From the NCBI RefSeq assembly GCF_036971445.1, contig NC_091470.1, forward strand, positions 139,934,001 through 139,998,000: 64,000 bases of DNA, in the 5' to 3' direction. Numbering within the stretch: the first letter of the stretch is position 1; each line of letters opens with the position of its first letter. The notes below the pieces were generated by a model that saw only the letters and a program-made list of their open reading frames with translations, did not search any database and was not told the origin of the DNA. The DNA is from Narcine bancroftii (lineage: Eukaryota). Position numbers and translations under genes: made by a program. Shown in pieces: positions 25,401 through 39,149 of this stretch.

Positions 25401-28400
25401 GGGCACTGATGGAAGCTATTCCTGGGCCGCTTGCGTCTGTGGCGTCGAGGCAGACAGATTGGAAGGTGCGGGCATTTACCAACCACTTGCCTTTGATGTC
25501 CACCAACAGGCTGTGCTCCCGGAGGAAATCGGTCCCCAACAGAGGTCAATATCAACTTCCAGCGGAACTTGTCCTTGCCAATCTGGATCTGTGCACTGTG
25601 TGTGCCAAAGTTCTTAATTTTTAAATTTTTTAAAATTTTTCACACTATAAACCATATTGACCAAGATACATACAGACAATTTTTCTCTTGAATATATGCA
25701 GTGTCATTTTCTCCCCTTTTTCCTCCCTCCCTCACCCCCTTCCCATTTATTTGAAGTTCAATCTATAAGATACATTAAACCCGTTAAACAATGTTGTCAC
25801 TTAATAAAAATAAACAAGAAATTTTACTGAGTCAGTTCTTTTCATTGTCTTCTCCTTCTGTCATTTTAGGTGGTGGAAGTCCATGGTAGGATTTCTCTAT
25901 TGTATTTCATGTATGGCTCCCATATTTGTTCGAATATTGTGATGTTATTTCTTAAATTATATGTTATTTTTTCTAATGGAATACATTTATTCATTTCTAT
26001 GTACCATTGTTGTATTCTCAAGTTGTCTTCTAATTTCCAGGTTGACGTAATACTTTTTTTGCTACAGCTAAGGCTATCATAACAAATCTTTTTTGTGCTC
26101 CATCCAAATCGAGTCCAAATTCTTTATTTCTTATATTACTTAGGAGGAAGATCTCTGGATTTTTTGGTATATTACTTTTTGTGATTTTATTTAATATCTG
26201 GTTTAGATCTTCCCAAAATTTTTTCACTTTCTCACATGTCCAAATTGCATGAATTGTTCCTATTTCCTTTTTACAGCAAAAACATCTGTCTGACACTGAT
26301 GGGTCCCATTTATTTAACTTTTGAGGTGTGATGTATAGCCTGTGTATCCAGTTATATTGTATCATGCGTAACCTCGTGTTTATTGTATTTCTCATAGCTC
26401 CGGAGCACAGCTTTTCCCATGTTTCATTCTTTATCTTTATGTTTAGATCTTGTTCCCATTTTTGTTTAGGTTTACCATTTGTTTCCTCGTTCTCCTTTTC
26501 TTGCAGTTTGATGTACATGTTTGTTGTAAATTTTTAAATTATCATTGTGTCTGTAATCACATATTCAAAATTGCTTCCTTCTGGTAACCTCAGACTGTTT
26601 CCCAATTTGTCCTTCAAATAGGTTTTCAGTTGGTGGTATGCAAACATTGTATCGTGAGTTATATTATATTTATCCTTCATTTGTTCAAAGGATAGTAATT
26701 TATTTCCCGAAAAATGACTTTCTATTCTTTTGATCCCTTTTCTCTCCCATTCTCTGAAGGAAAGGTTATCTATTGTGAAAGGGATTAGTTGATTTTGCGT
26801 CAATATTAGTTTTGGTAGTTGGTAATTTGTTTTATTCCTTTCTATGTGAATCTTCTTCCAAATGTTGAGCAGATGATGCAATACCGGTGAATTCCTACTT
26901 TGCACCAATTTTTCAACCCATTTATATAGTATATGTTCAGGTATCTTCTCCCCTATTTTATCTAGTTCTAATCTGGTCCAATCTGGTTTTTCCCTTGTTT
27001 GATAAAAATCTGATAGGTATCTTAATAGTGCAGCTCTATAATAATTCTTAAAGTTTGGTAGTTGTAAGCCTCCTTGTTCGTACCATTCTGTTAATTTATC
27101 TAGTGCTATCCTCGGTTTCCCCCCTTTCCATAAGAATTTCCTTATTATTTTCTTTAACTCCTTGAAGAATTTCTCCGTCAAGTGTATTGGCAATGCCTGA
27201 AATAGGTATTGTATCCTTGGGAAAATGTTCATTTTAATACAGTTTATCCTTCCTATTAGTGTTAGTGGTAAGTCTTTCCAATGCTCTAAGTCGTCCTGTA
27301 ATTTTTTCATTAGTGAATAATAATTGAGTTTATATAGATGGCCGAGGTTTTTATTTAGTTGTATACCTAGGTATCGTATTGCTTGCATTTGCCATCTGAA
27401 TGGTGATTCTTTCTTAAATTTTGAGAAATCCGCATTATTCATTGGCATTGCTTCACTTTTATTTGCTTTAATCTTGTATCCCGGCACTTCTCCATATTCC
27501 TTCAATTTCTTATGTAATTCTTTTATTGATATTTCTGGTTCTGTTAAGTATATTATAACGTCATCTGCAAATAGACTGATTTTATATTCCTTCTCTTTTA
27601 TTTTTATCCCTCTTATTTTATTTTCTGTTCTTATCAGTTCTGCTAGTGGTTCTATAGCTAATGCGAACAGTGAGGGAGATAGTGGACATCCCTGCCTTGT
27701 TGATCTGCTTAAGTTAAATTGATTTGAAATATATCCATTTACTGTCACTTTCGCCAATGGCCCCTTATATAATGCTTTAATCCAATTAATATATTACTCT
27801 GGTAGGCTGAATTTTTGTAGTACTTTGAATAAATAATTCCATTCTACATCTGTCAAAGGCCTTCTCTGCGTCTAAAGCAACCGCTACTGTTGGAGTTTTA
27901 TTTCCTTCTACTGCATGAATTAAGTTAATAAATTTACAAATATTGTCTGATGTTTGTCTTTTTTTAATAAATCTAGTTTGGTCTAGATTTACTATTTTTG
28001 GTACATAGTCGGCCAATCTGTTTGCTAATAGTTTAGCTATTATCTTATAGTCAGTGTTAAGTAGAGCCTATATGATGCTGGTGCTAGTGGATCTTTCCCT
28101 GTCTTTGGTATTACTGTAATTATTGCTGTTTTGCATGAATCTGGTATGTTTTGTGTTTTATCAATCTGGTTGATTACTTCCAGAAGGGGAGGAATTAATA
28201 AGTCCTCTGTTTTTAATTTTGGTAGTTCAATTTTAGTTAGAAATTCATCTATTTTGTCTTCTTTCCCTTCATTTTCAGTTTGATATAGTTGTTTGTAGAA
28301 TTCCCTGTAGTTTTCATTGATCTCCGTTGGATTTTATGTAATTTGTTTGTCCTTTTTCCTTAATACCAATACCATTCTTGTAGGTTGTTCTGTCTTAAGC

Positions 28401-31400
28401 TGCCATGCTAGAATTTTTTCACCTAGCTCATATTTCTGTTTTGTCTTCATTATGTTCTTCTCCACCTTATATGTTTGTATTGTTTCATATTTTATTTTTT
28501 TGTCTGCCAATTCTTTTCTTTTAGTTGTATCTTCTTTTATTGCTAATTCTTTTTCTGTATTTGTTATTTCCCTTTCCAACTGTTCTGTTTCCAGATTGTA
28601 GTCCTTCTTCATCTTAGTTACATAACTTATTATTTGCCCTCTGATGAATGCTTTCATTGCGTCCCATAGTAGAAACTTATTTTTCACTGATTCTGTATTT
28701 ATTTCAAAGTACATTTTAATTTGTCGTTCAATGAATTCTCTAAAATCCTGTCTTTTAAGTAGCATGGAGTTTAATCTCCATCTTTACATTCTTGGTGGGA
28801 TGTCCTCTAGCTCTATTGTCAATAACAGGGGTGAGTGATCCAATAATAGTCTAGCTTTATATTCTGTTTTCCTAACTCTCCCTTGAATGTGGGCTGATAA
28901 TAGGAATAGGTCTATCCTTGAGTATGTTTTGTGTCTACCCGAATAATATGAATATTCCTTTTCCGTTGGGTGTTGTTTCCTCCATATATCCAAAAGTTGC
29001 ATTTCTTGCATCGATTTAATTATAAATTTGGTTACTTTGTTCTTTCTGTTAGTTTTTTTTCCAGTTTTATCCATGTTTGAGTCCAAATTAAGGTTAAAAT
29101 CCCCTCCTATTAGTATGTTCCCTTGCGTATCTGCTATCTTCAAAAAGATATCTTGCATAAATTTTTGATCTTCTTCATTAGGTGAGTAAACATTGAGTAA
29201 ATTCCAAAATTCTGAATATATCTGACATTTTATCATTACATATCTCCCTGCTGGATCTATTATTTCCTCTTCTATTTTGATTGGTACATTTTTATTGATT
29301 AATATAGCTACTCCTCTGGCTTTTGAATAATATGATGCTGCTGTTACATGTCCTATCCAATCTCTCTTTAATTTCTTGCATTGCACTTCAGTTAGATGTG
29401 TTTCTTGTACGAATGATATAATAGTTTTTCTTTTTTCAGTAAATTTAACAGTATCTTCCTTTTGATTTGGTTATGTATTCCATTAATATTTAAAGTCATA
29501 TAGTTGAACATAGTCATTTCATACTTTGTTTATCTTTCCTTTCCATTTCTTCATCACCACCTTCCTTTCTTATCCATTTCTGCTTTCTTTTTTTGAACAC
29601 ATTATAAGACAACATTTCTAAAACATAAAATATTTCCACTATTCTCATATCTAAAATTCCTTTAACCCAAATAGTCGCTCCCCTTTCTGAGTTGCCCTTT
29701 GTCCCTTGTCGGGCAACCACATCTCCCCTCTCCATTTGGATTTGCGAATCCGCTCGCAAGCGTCAACTGATTTCGCAGTGACTGTTATTCTTCTCCACCC
29801 AGCCCCCCCAGAAAAGATTTTAATCTTCATATTTAACAAAGGTCACTCTCTTAATTTCCTCCTTACTTCCTTTCTTCCCTTTCTTTCCCTTCCTAGTTCT
29901 TACTTATACTCTATTTATATATATATAGTTTGTTGTCGTCATTTTTGTTCTTGTTACACCTCTTCATCTCTCTGTCTGTTTTCTGCAAATTTTCGTGCTT
30001 TTTCCGGATCTGAGAATAGTTTGCTTTGCTGCCCCGGGATAACTATTTTAAGTACCACTGGGTATTTTAACATAAATTTATAACCTTATTTCCATAGGGT
30101 CATTTTTGCTGCATTAAATTCCTTCCTCTCCTTCAGGAGTTCAAAACTTATATCTGGATAGAAAAAAAATTTTTGACCCTTGTATTCCAGTGGTTTTTTG
30201 TCTTCTCTTATTTTCTTCATTGCCTTCTCCAATATATTTTCTCTCGTTGTATATCTTAGGAATTTTACTAGAATGGATCTTGGTTTTTGTTGTGGCTGTG
30301 GTTTAGGGGCTAATGTTCTGGGTGCCCTTTCTATTTCCATTTCTTCCTGTAATTCTGGTCTTCCTTGGACCCTGGGGATCCATTCTTTTATAAATTCTCT
30401 CATATTTTTGCCTTCTTCATCTTCCTTAAGGCCCACTATCTTTATATTGTTTCTTCTATTATAATTTTCCATTATATCTATCTTCTGAGCTAACAGCTCC
30501 TGTGTTTCTTTAACTTTTTTTTATCAGATTCTTCTAATTTCTTTTTTAAGTCATCTACCTCCATTTCTATGGTTGTTTCTCGTTCTTCCACCTTGCCGAC
30601 TCTTTTTCCTATTTCTGTCATGATCATCTCTAATCTATTCACTTTTTCTTCTGTACTCTTTATTCTTCTTTTTATTTCACTGAATTCTTGTGACTGCCAT
30701 TCTTTTACTGTTTCCATGTATTATTTAAAAAAATATATATCTCCATGTACTTGCCCTTCCCTTCATCTTCCATTTCTCTGTGTTCTCCCTCCTCTTCTGA
30801 GTCCACTCCAGGATCTGAGTCTTTTATCTCTGTCTCTTCTGGTTTTGTTGTTGGGTTGTTTATTTTATTTTGTTGGGTATTTTTGTTCTTCTTATTTTTA
30901 TTAAAAGTGTCTTGATGTTGTTCTTCTTCCTCTGAGTTGGTCATCTGTTGTTTCTTTGATTTCCTATTTTTATTCTCTTCCTTATTGTTCCCGTTATTTT
31001 CTATGTTTTCCTGTTGAAAGTCTTGCTGTTGTGTTATACTTGTCTGTTTCGGCTGTGGAGATTTATTCCTCAGCTGGTCTCCCCTCCCGTCAGTGTTGTT
31101 TTTGTCTTGTGCATCGCACATGCGCGAAGATTCGCGCATGCGGAGTTGCGCACTTTTGTTTGGCTCTGTGAGCCATCTTTGTAGTCCTGAGTTCGGGGTT
31201 TCCACTGACCTCAGGGAGCAGGCTTCTCTCTCCACGGCGGGCTTCCTCGTACCGGTAAGGCCTTCACCTTCCTCTTCCGACATCCTTCCTTCTTTTCTTC
31301 CTGTTGTTTTTGGTTTTTCTTTCTTTGCTGCCATTTTCTCCACACTTTCACTTTCAATTTGTTATGGTTTCTGTATTAGTGACTTTGTTTTTTCTCTACC

Positions 31401-32522
31401 TTTTTTTACTTTTCTGGAGAGGGCTGGAATTCCCCGACCGGCCACTACTTCATCACGTGACTCCTCCCTGTGCCAAAGTTATTGATGGATCCATTGGCCG
31501 CCCATAGGGTTGGGACCCGTGCGCAGGTGCGGGTCTCGAGGGCGGTTGGGGGGAGCACGGTCAGTTCAGCTCTGGTGTCTACTAGGAAACGTCGGCCACT
31601 GGACTTGTCAGTTACATGCAGGAGGCTGTTTGCGCGGCCAGCCGTCACAGCCATTAATGGTGGCTGGCTGGGTTGTTTCCCTGGAATGTACAAGGCTGCC
31701 TACATTTGTGGGCTTGAGCCCCCCAGCATTGATGGTGGAAACACCAGGTGGGGAGGTGTTCTTACGGTTTGTGCTCGGTGGGTGCCTGTAGCTGATTGGG
31801 CCTTGGGTGGGCTACCTGGCTGAGGGCGGCCTCATTTTCTCACTTGGTCCACCAGAGGATGTCTGCGCGGTCCACGACTCATCGTGGATTGGAGAAATCC
31901 TCAACTGCCAGCAGGAGTTGGATGTCCTCAGGCATTTGTTCGAGGAAAGTTTCTTGGAAAAGAAAGCATTTCGTCCATGAAGGCAGAAGGGGTCTGTCTC
32001 CCAGCCCATCCAGGTTTAGGGGCCTGGAGGCGTGATGCCGCCGGGAGAGGCTGAAGGTGCCGAGGAGGAGGTTCTTGAGGGCGAGGTATTTACCTTCCTC
32101 TGGTGGGTTGTGGATGAGGTCATCCCACCCTGGCTGCGGTTTCTTCATCGAGCGTGTTCACAATGTTCTAGAACATCGTGGCGTCTGATGAGATGTGTTG
32201 GAGGCGAAACTGCGCTTCCGCCTGCCCAAACCAAGTGCGTGGTCGATGCTTCCAGAAGGAGGGGTGGGGGGGTGAGTTTCACCACGACCATGTTGGCGTT
32301 TTCAAATGAACTGTTTATTCAAACTTTGCACCCGTCCCTTTAAGGGGGGTGTGAGCTCCGTCCCTGCATCGGCGGTGATGTCACCATGCTCGCCCAAGGC
32401 ACGCGCCTTGGCCTAACCATGAGGCACGGAGGTCCCCCGATGGTGCCATCTTCTCGTGGCTGCCCCAATGGCGCAGCAGTACAAACAGGGGCCGGTTCAC
32501 CACGAGGATGTGCGGTGCCACA
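22470..32522 (-). mobile_element. CsRn1-like Gypsy LTR retrotransposon (degraded), interrupted by L1
   Basis: LTRs at 22470-22726 and ~32280-32522; TSD GCAG (22466-22469/32523-32526); PPT ~22727-22740; gag CHCC finger (CFHH..C..PC, ~31689-31743); PR FLVDTRA; RT YIDD; RH VDAS; IN HIDIMG..NGLVERFH. Confidence 0.9.
25613..31468 (-). mobile_element. Near full-length L1 LINE (ORF1 ~31334-29954, ORF2 ~29517-25866, both disrupted; internal deletion near 28205)
   Basis: 12-bp TSD TGTGCCAAAGTT (25601-25612/31469-31480); ORF1 ENYNRRNNIKIVGL; EN LIGGDFN; RT FADD. Confidence 0.97.
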
Positions 32523-33875
32523 GCAGAGCATTTAGAGGTGGTTTGGGAGGAATTGTTAGAGCAGGTTGCACACACACATTTTAAAACAGAATATTTGTTG
32601 GACTTTTGCAGAATGCTCTTTGCAGGAGGCAACAAAGTATTGACAACCTTGCCTGGGAGAGCACGGGATTTATGCAGGGAGGGACACAAGATCATTGCTC
32701 TCAGAGAGGGAGGGAATGAGAGAGTGTCACAGAAATCAGTTCCGGAGGGACAAGCTGGCAAACTTTGAAAGGCTGCCTGGTCAAAGGAGAAGGCTGACAG
32801 TGTGAAAGGTGACCAGAAAGAAAGAGGATCATCTGGAGACCCTGAAGGGGGCAAGTTCATCAGCAAGACTGCGGATGTCCTGGAAAAGGAATCTCTCTCT
32901 GAAACCCAGCAAGAACCCTCCTAAGTGGTAACTATTTGCCTGTTAAGCACCAAAACCTGGTGAACTTTGTTAATGCTGATTTCTGTGCACAGAAGAATTG
33001 CCTGCAACCAATAAGATTGGACTGTGATCCAAAGAACTTTTCTAATCTTAAATATACATTACACACACCCACGCTTAGTATTAGAGGGGGGATTAAGTGG
33101 GTTAGGTAGGTTAAGTAAGTAGGTTAAGTAATAAGTTAAAGTTTAATTCTGTTTTCTTGTTCAAATATAATTAAAAACTACTTTTGTTTAAGTAACCCAA
33201 TGTTGGCGGTGCATATCTATTACTGCTGGTATTTGGATTCCTCTGGACTCCGTAACATATAATTTTCCCAAATTATAGTGAACCATTTGGTCCTTTACAT
33301 TTACAACTTACGTCCGTACTGTCCCGATATCGAGTCATCCTAAGGGATCGATATGGACAAATCTTTCTCCCGTTTTAGTCTAGTTTTATAAACATCCAAT
33401 TTGAGTATTTAATTTGGCAATAAGTCGCAAAACACCGATATGAACCCTTTCTTGGTGCCATCAGTCAGTAAAATCTCCAATTTAGACTGTGACGTGCACC
33501 TCAAATCATCCATCGACACTGCTTTAATCAGCAATTACTTGGAAGAAGGGGACGGATTTGAGTCTTCAGCGATGCCAATTTGGATACGAGATCTTGCCTT
33601 CCATTGATGTATAAATTTATGTGATAATTATTCCCTGGTTTTCATTCAAACTTGTCACGCATTTTTGGGCCCAATCGTTAATTTCCTCCCCACACATAGA
33701 GAGTTTCATGTAATAAGATCTACACTTTGCAAGTAGTTGGGGAGGGGGCAGGGAGGGGATGAGTGGGCTAGGGTAGGGAGAGTGGGCTGGGGGGGTTACG
33801 ACCACCTCCCAAGTGACCTCTTCTCCCCGCCTTTTAGGGCCACTGCTTCAGCCAGCTTGGAAGGGCCAACTCTCA

Positions 33876-34091
33876 NNNNNNNNNNNNNNNNNNNNNNNNN
33901 NNNNNNNNNNNNNNNNNNNNNNNNNNNNNNNNNNNNNNNNNNNNNNNNNNNNNNNNNNNNNNNNNNNNNNNNNNNNNNNNNNNNNNNNNNNNNNNNNNNN
34001 NNNNNNNNNNNNNNNNNNNNNNNNNNNNNNNNNNNNNNNNNNNNNNNNNNNNNNNNNNNNNNNNNNNNNNNNNNNNNNNNNNNNNNNNNNN
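33876..34091. other. Assembly gap (216 N)
   Basis: Run of N. Confidence 1.
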
Positions 34092-35148
34092 CTAGCCGAC
34101 TGCAGGGGGGCGATCTTTGTACCTGCAGGAATATCACCGGCGGAATGACCACACCCAGCCAGCTGTCAATCAACCGCCGGGGATATAGTCCTGAGCCAGC
34201 CCCTCCCGAGCCAGTTACTCCGGAGTTACCAGTGCAGCTACCATGTAGCAGAGACTTTGAACTGAATAAAGCCTGTTGTCGGGTCTTTTCTCAAGTTTTG
34301 TGCCTGTTTACTGTTGCAGCCGTGCATCACAATTTATTCAGTTAAAATTGAGACCTGCGATGGAAAAACTTCTAACTGCCGGGAGCCCAGAGATCGACCC
34401 TTGCCACCCGGAAATCCAAGCATGCTTTGAAATCTGGAGGCATGCGGTCCAGGCAGTCATCCAGCCCCACTCCGACATGGTGAATTTGGATCAGACAAAG
34501 CTGGGTCTCCGGGCCTTCCATGCCCTCAAAGGCTGTGCAGAGTACCTGGAAGCGATGGCTACCCTGGAGGCCGTGTACAAGCCCCCAACGGACGGGGTCA
34601 ACGCCAGATATCTCCTGAGTATTTGAGCCTAGCAGCCAGGTGAGACAGCCGAAGCCTACCTGGGAACCCTGCATGAGCGAGCTCATCTGTGTCTGGCAAA
34701 GCCCGGGGTGAACAAAGGGGGTTGAGAGATTGTTAAGGGAAGCCTGCGTTCAAGGTCTGCGAGGGCCGGGTGCCGCCATTATTCATGCAACGACTTCCAT
34801 CCTCCTCGCCAGCCCGACTTCCTGCCCCAACGGGTCTACCGCCACATGCTCACCATGAGCACTGCCTGTCCCAAAGCCTTGCCAGCCAAGGACAGCGAAG
34901 AAGTCACTTCTGCAGCCGCTGATGATGTCACATTCATATCCCCCGAGCACAGCCAATGGGTAAAGCCAGCCATGCTGCCCCCACATGCGCCCTCAGGGTG
35001 CCACCATCTTGCATCGGCTGAGCCCTGCCGCCATCTTGGGGATATTGTGCTGACTCAGCGCACAACCCTACCTCCCACCAGAACAGGGCAACAACGGCAA
35101 TGACGTGGTCAACATGGGCGCTAACCAGGCTGTCCTTCCGACTCACCC

Positions 35149-35662
35149 TGTGAGAAACAGAAGTACCTTCACAGAAATTGCTCGAGACAAAAATTGAGAA
35201 CAAAGAACATTTATTATACAACAATGCAAAACTGGGTGCTTCCCCTTACCCTGGGAATACACACATACACTGGGGCTCACCCAACTTTTATACAGTTGAT
35301 TTCAGTATAGAAGTACCCTCCCCCTTACATTCTTCTGCCTCTTGGATGAGTTTGGCATTAGGCAATCCTGTCTGCCTACGTGCTGTTTCTGTGAACTTGG
35401 AGGACCAGAGGGTATCATGTCATTGTCCTTACTGTCCTTATTCACAAACCTGCCTTTGTTCTTATTCACACCTTCCCGACTCTCAGGGCTACTAACTTCT
35501 TATATGCAGGCTAGAAGACCCTTATCTTATTCAGACTAACTTTACCTTCCTACATTCTATTATCTATCCTTATCCTATTCATACTGGCTTTATTCATTAC
35601 ACATATATCCATACTAGTTTTCATCTTTCATATTTTCATATTAGTTTTACTCATCTCTCACA
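35149..35662 (-). repeat. ERV 3' LTR
   Basis: Direct repeat of 49407-50249; preceded on the minus strand by the PPT AAAAGAAAAGTGAGGAT (35663-35679). Confidence 0.95.
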
Positions 35663-35695
35663 ATCCTCACTTTTCTTTTAGCTATGCTTTGTGAC

Positions 35696-36830
35696 TTCTC
35701 AACTGGAATGTATTACTTGTAAACTTGGTCTTTTTCCCAGCTCGTCAGACAGAATTATGGAAACAATCATCCTTTGGGTTATAGTGTTCTGACGAGGGGT
35801 CTGTTGAATTAAATACTGCACACAAGTCTTTAGGCAGGGGAGCACCATAATAGCCAGAATAGCGAGTCCAGCTGCTATAAGGGCTGTGAGTATCAGACTC
35901 CAGTTACCAATAAAAAGTCTAGTCCATCCCACACCGGACTAAGTTTGCCAAGTCTGAACCTGGGCATGGGAAGATTTTCGAACTCCTGAAGAAGTGTCTT
36001 TAACCGCCTGACCGTTGTGAGCATTGTCATTAATCAGACTTTCACAAACGCTGCCTTCAGCAGCCAATGAGTAATCGAGAGCCAGGCGGTTTTGTTGAAC
36101 TGTGGCTCGTATCTGTCGTCTTTCTTCAGCCCATAAATTCAGGGCAATCGCTGTCTGTTTGGTGATGATCTCCAAGGCTGCCTGGAGTCTGATTAAACAA
36201 TTTAAATGCCAAGCAGCTGTGGTGTTCTGGAGCAGCTTACGTCGTTTACAACTGGAACTCCCCTTACCGTGGTGGTGCTAAACATTCCGAATGTCTGTGT
36301 GACCCAAAGGATGATTTACAGGAGACCAAGTTGGGGAGGGGTGTTTCTTGTCAGTGGAGTTGCAGCTTGTCTGTGAACATTAGCATATGTATTCACTCTA
36401 TGCATTTTACCCCCTCCATAAATCTTCGTCCGCGAAGCCAAGCCAAAGAAAGAAGATCTCTGCTACATGTACAATCCTGACTAACATTCTGTCTGTCATT
36501 GTCCCACCATCTTCTTTGTGCTATCTCTTTAAAACTCCTCTTTTTAATATCTGTAGAGGCCGGAATACAAACCAAGTCTACTGCCCTAGGACCATTCTGT
36601 TCCTCTGGTCCATGTTGGGATCCTATATTAACCCATACCCCACTATGACTATACTCTATACCTGTGCCCTATCTGCATTCTAAAGGTAAATAATTGTCAC
36701 CTCTGCTGCCCCTATTCCAGGAGGACTTAATACATTGTGAGCAATTTGGTGATTTCCCAAAAATTGGGAACCAACAGGTAAACAAAACAACAAATGGTAA
36801 AAACAACATTACAGCACTTTTTCCCGGCAT
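35696..36830 (-). pseudogene. env: ERV env remnant (TM ectodomain with immunosuppressive domain and membrane anchor; SU largely deleted)
   Basis: QQNRLALDYSLAAEGSVC; hydrophobic LILTALIAAGLAILAIMVLPC. Confidence 0.85.
36403..36456 (+). mobile_element. RTE (AviRTE-like) 3' tail stub
   Basis: TACCCCCTCCATAAATCTTCGTCCGCGAAGCCAAGCCAAAGAA matches the tail at 49861-49900 (reverse). Confidence 0.85.
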
Positions 36831-39149
36831 AGTGTAACTTTCAGATCAGAAGGATGAAGGACTGCACGCCAGGTGGAGGGTAGATTATCAATGTCGTTAT
36901 TCTGCGGTTCAGCAACTCGTTTAATTCATTGAATGTGGCTCCATCCCTTTTCTTTCATTCGTACGGCAGTGTCTGTAATCAAAAGTACACAATAGGGGCC
37001 ATCCCAGACAAGTTTTAGTTGGTGATCTTGCCACGCTTTTACATATACCTAATCACCAGGTTTTATAGAATGAATAGGATTCTCCAGGGGTGGGGTTTGA
37101 GCTAATAAGCCCTTCTGTCGTAAATCATACAGAGAAGTAGAAAGTCCCTGTAAATATTTAGATATGTACTGGTCATTAGCCTCAGGGATAGAGGTATGTA
37201 TGGAATCCCATGTAAGGAAGACCAAACATCATTTCATATGGTGAGACAGCAAGGTCCTTACAAGGAGCTGTGCGAGTCCTAATAAAAGCTAAGGGTAAGC
37301 ATTTAATCCAGGAGAGGCCAGTTTCCTCATGAAGTCGAGTGAGCTTATTTTTCAAGGTCTGATTCATTCGTTCAACACGGCCTGAGCTCTGGGGGTTCCA
37401 TGGGGTATGTAGCTGCCAATCTATTCCCAGTACTTTACACACACCCTGGAGTACCTGAGAGGTAAAATGTGTACCTCGATCTGAGTCAATGGTTTGAATC
37501 ATATCATATCGTGGAATCACAGACTCCAGTAGTATCCTGATAGCGGTGCTGGCACAATCATTAGGGGTCGGGAAAGCCTCAACCCATCATGTGAAATGAT
37601 CTACCATCACCAGGAGGTATTTGTAAACCCCTATCTTAGGTAATTCCGTAAAATCAATTTGTATCCGTTGAAACGGGCGTACAGCTATATTGCGACCGTC
37701 AGGCATTACCTGGCGCATAACTTTCTTATTTACTCTCTGACAGATTGGACAACTCCGAGTACTTTGCTTGGCTATAGTGTATATGCCCGAACAATGAAAA
37801 GACCGTACAAAAGTATCCACAAGTGCCTGTGTTCCCCAGTGTGTCTGCTGGTGGAAATGATCAATAATTTGCTGAGCCAAAGCTTTGTTCAGCACTTGGC
37901 ATCCTTCTGCCGTCCACCACAACCCATCAACAGTTTGACGCATTCCCTGGTCTTTCATGTAAACCTCCTCTTCCCGTGAAAAGATGGGAGTCTTTTGAAC
38001 CTCATATGGGGTGGGCAGTAACAGCTGCATGTCTATTTTCTCCGTGAGCACAGCCTGTTTGGCAGCTGCATCTGCCTGACTGTTCCCCTGTGCTTCAGGA
38101 CTGCCACCACTTTGATGGCTCCGTACATGAACTACAGCTATTTTCCTCAGATAATGTAAGAGCATCTAGAGATTGGACAATTAAGTTTTCATGGATCAAC
38201 TTTTGTCTTTTTCCAGTTATCATTCCCCGCTCTTTCCAGATCTTCCCAAAGGTGTGCACTACACCAAAAGCGTACTTTGAGTCTGTGTAGATCGTGCCCA
38301 CCTTGTTCTCTAGACCCTGGAGAGCTCTACAGAGGGCATACAATTCACAAGATTGTGCTGACCAATGACCGGGAAGGCGACCGGCTTCAATCACTACTCC
38401 TTCCTTCCCATCCACTACACTATACCCACTATAGCGAGTGCCATCAATGCAACAGGAAGATCCATCAATAAACCACCTTTCACCCTCCTGTAAAGGCTCA
38501 TCACTTAAATCCTCTCTAATTTTGGTCTGTAAATCTATTACCTCTAAACATACATGCTCTAAATCATTTATGGTATTGTCAGAATTTGGAGAAACCAAGA
38601 AAGCTGCTGGATTGTGTTCTTTATTCGTAATCAGGGTCAAATCATCCCTATCCATTAGGATCGCTTCATATTTTAAAATTCTAGAGTCTGTCAGCCACCT
38701 TCCAGCACGTTGTAAGAGAATATTGCGGACTGTGTGAGGGGTGTGAACTATCATCGGGGCACCAAACGTAATCTTTCGTCCTTCCTCAACTAAAATAGCA
38801 GTGGGAGGAGTCACGTGATGGAGTAGTGGCCAGTCGGGGAACTCCAGCCCTCTCCGGAAAAGTTTAAAAAAAACACAGAAAACACAAAGGCACAAACATA
38901 AAAATTAAAATAAAGTGAAAGTAAAGGTGGGAAGAAAATGGCAGCGAAGAAAGAAAAGTCGAAAGCAACGGGAAGAAGAGAAGAAGAAAGAACGTCGGAA
39001 GAAGAAGGTGAAGGCCTTACCTGTCCGAGGAGGCCCACCGCGGAGAGAGAAGCCCGCTCCCTAAGGTCAGTTGAAGTCCCGAGATCTGGACTACAAAAAT
39101 GGCTCGCAGAGCCAAGTAAAAGTGTGCGACCGAGCATGCGCGACTCCTT

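Larger units (their letters stand above)
22462..33257 (+). mobile_element. Solo LTR (TG...CA) split by a Gypsy insertion; pieces 22462-22469 and 32523-33257
   Basis: Starts TGTGGCAG, ends CCGTAACA, with a 4-bp TSD TATA at 22458-22461 and 33258-33261. Confidence 0.75.

Noticed and set aside
33737-34345. ORFs spanning X residues
   Set aside because: They span the N gap and are artefacts.
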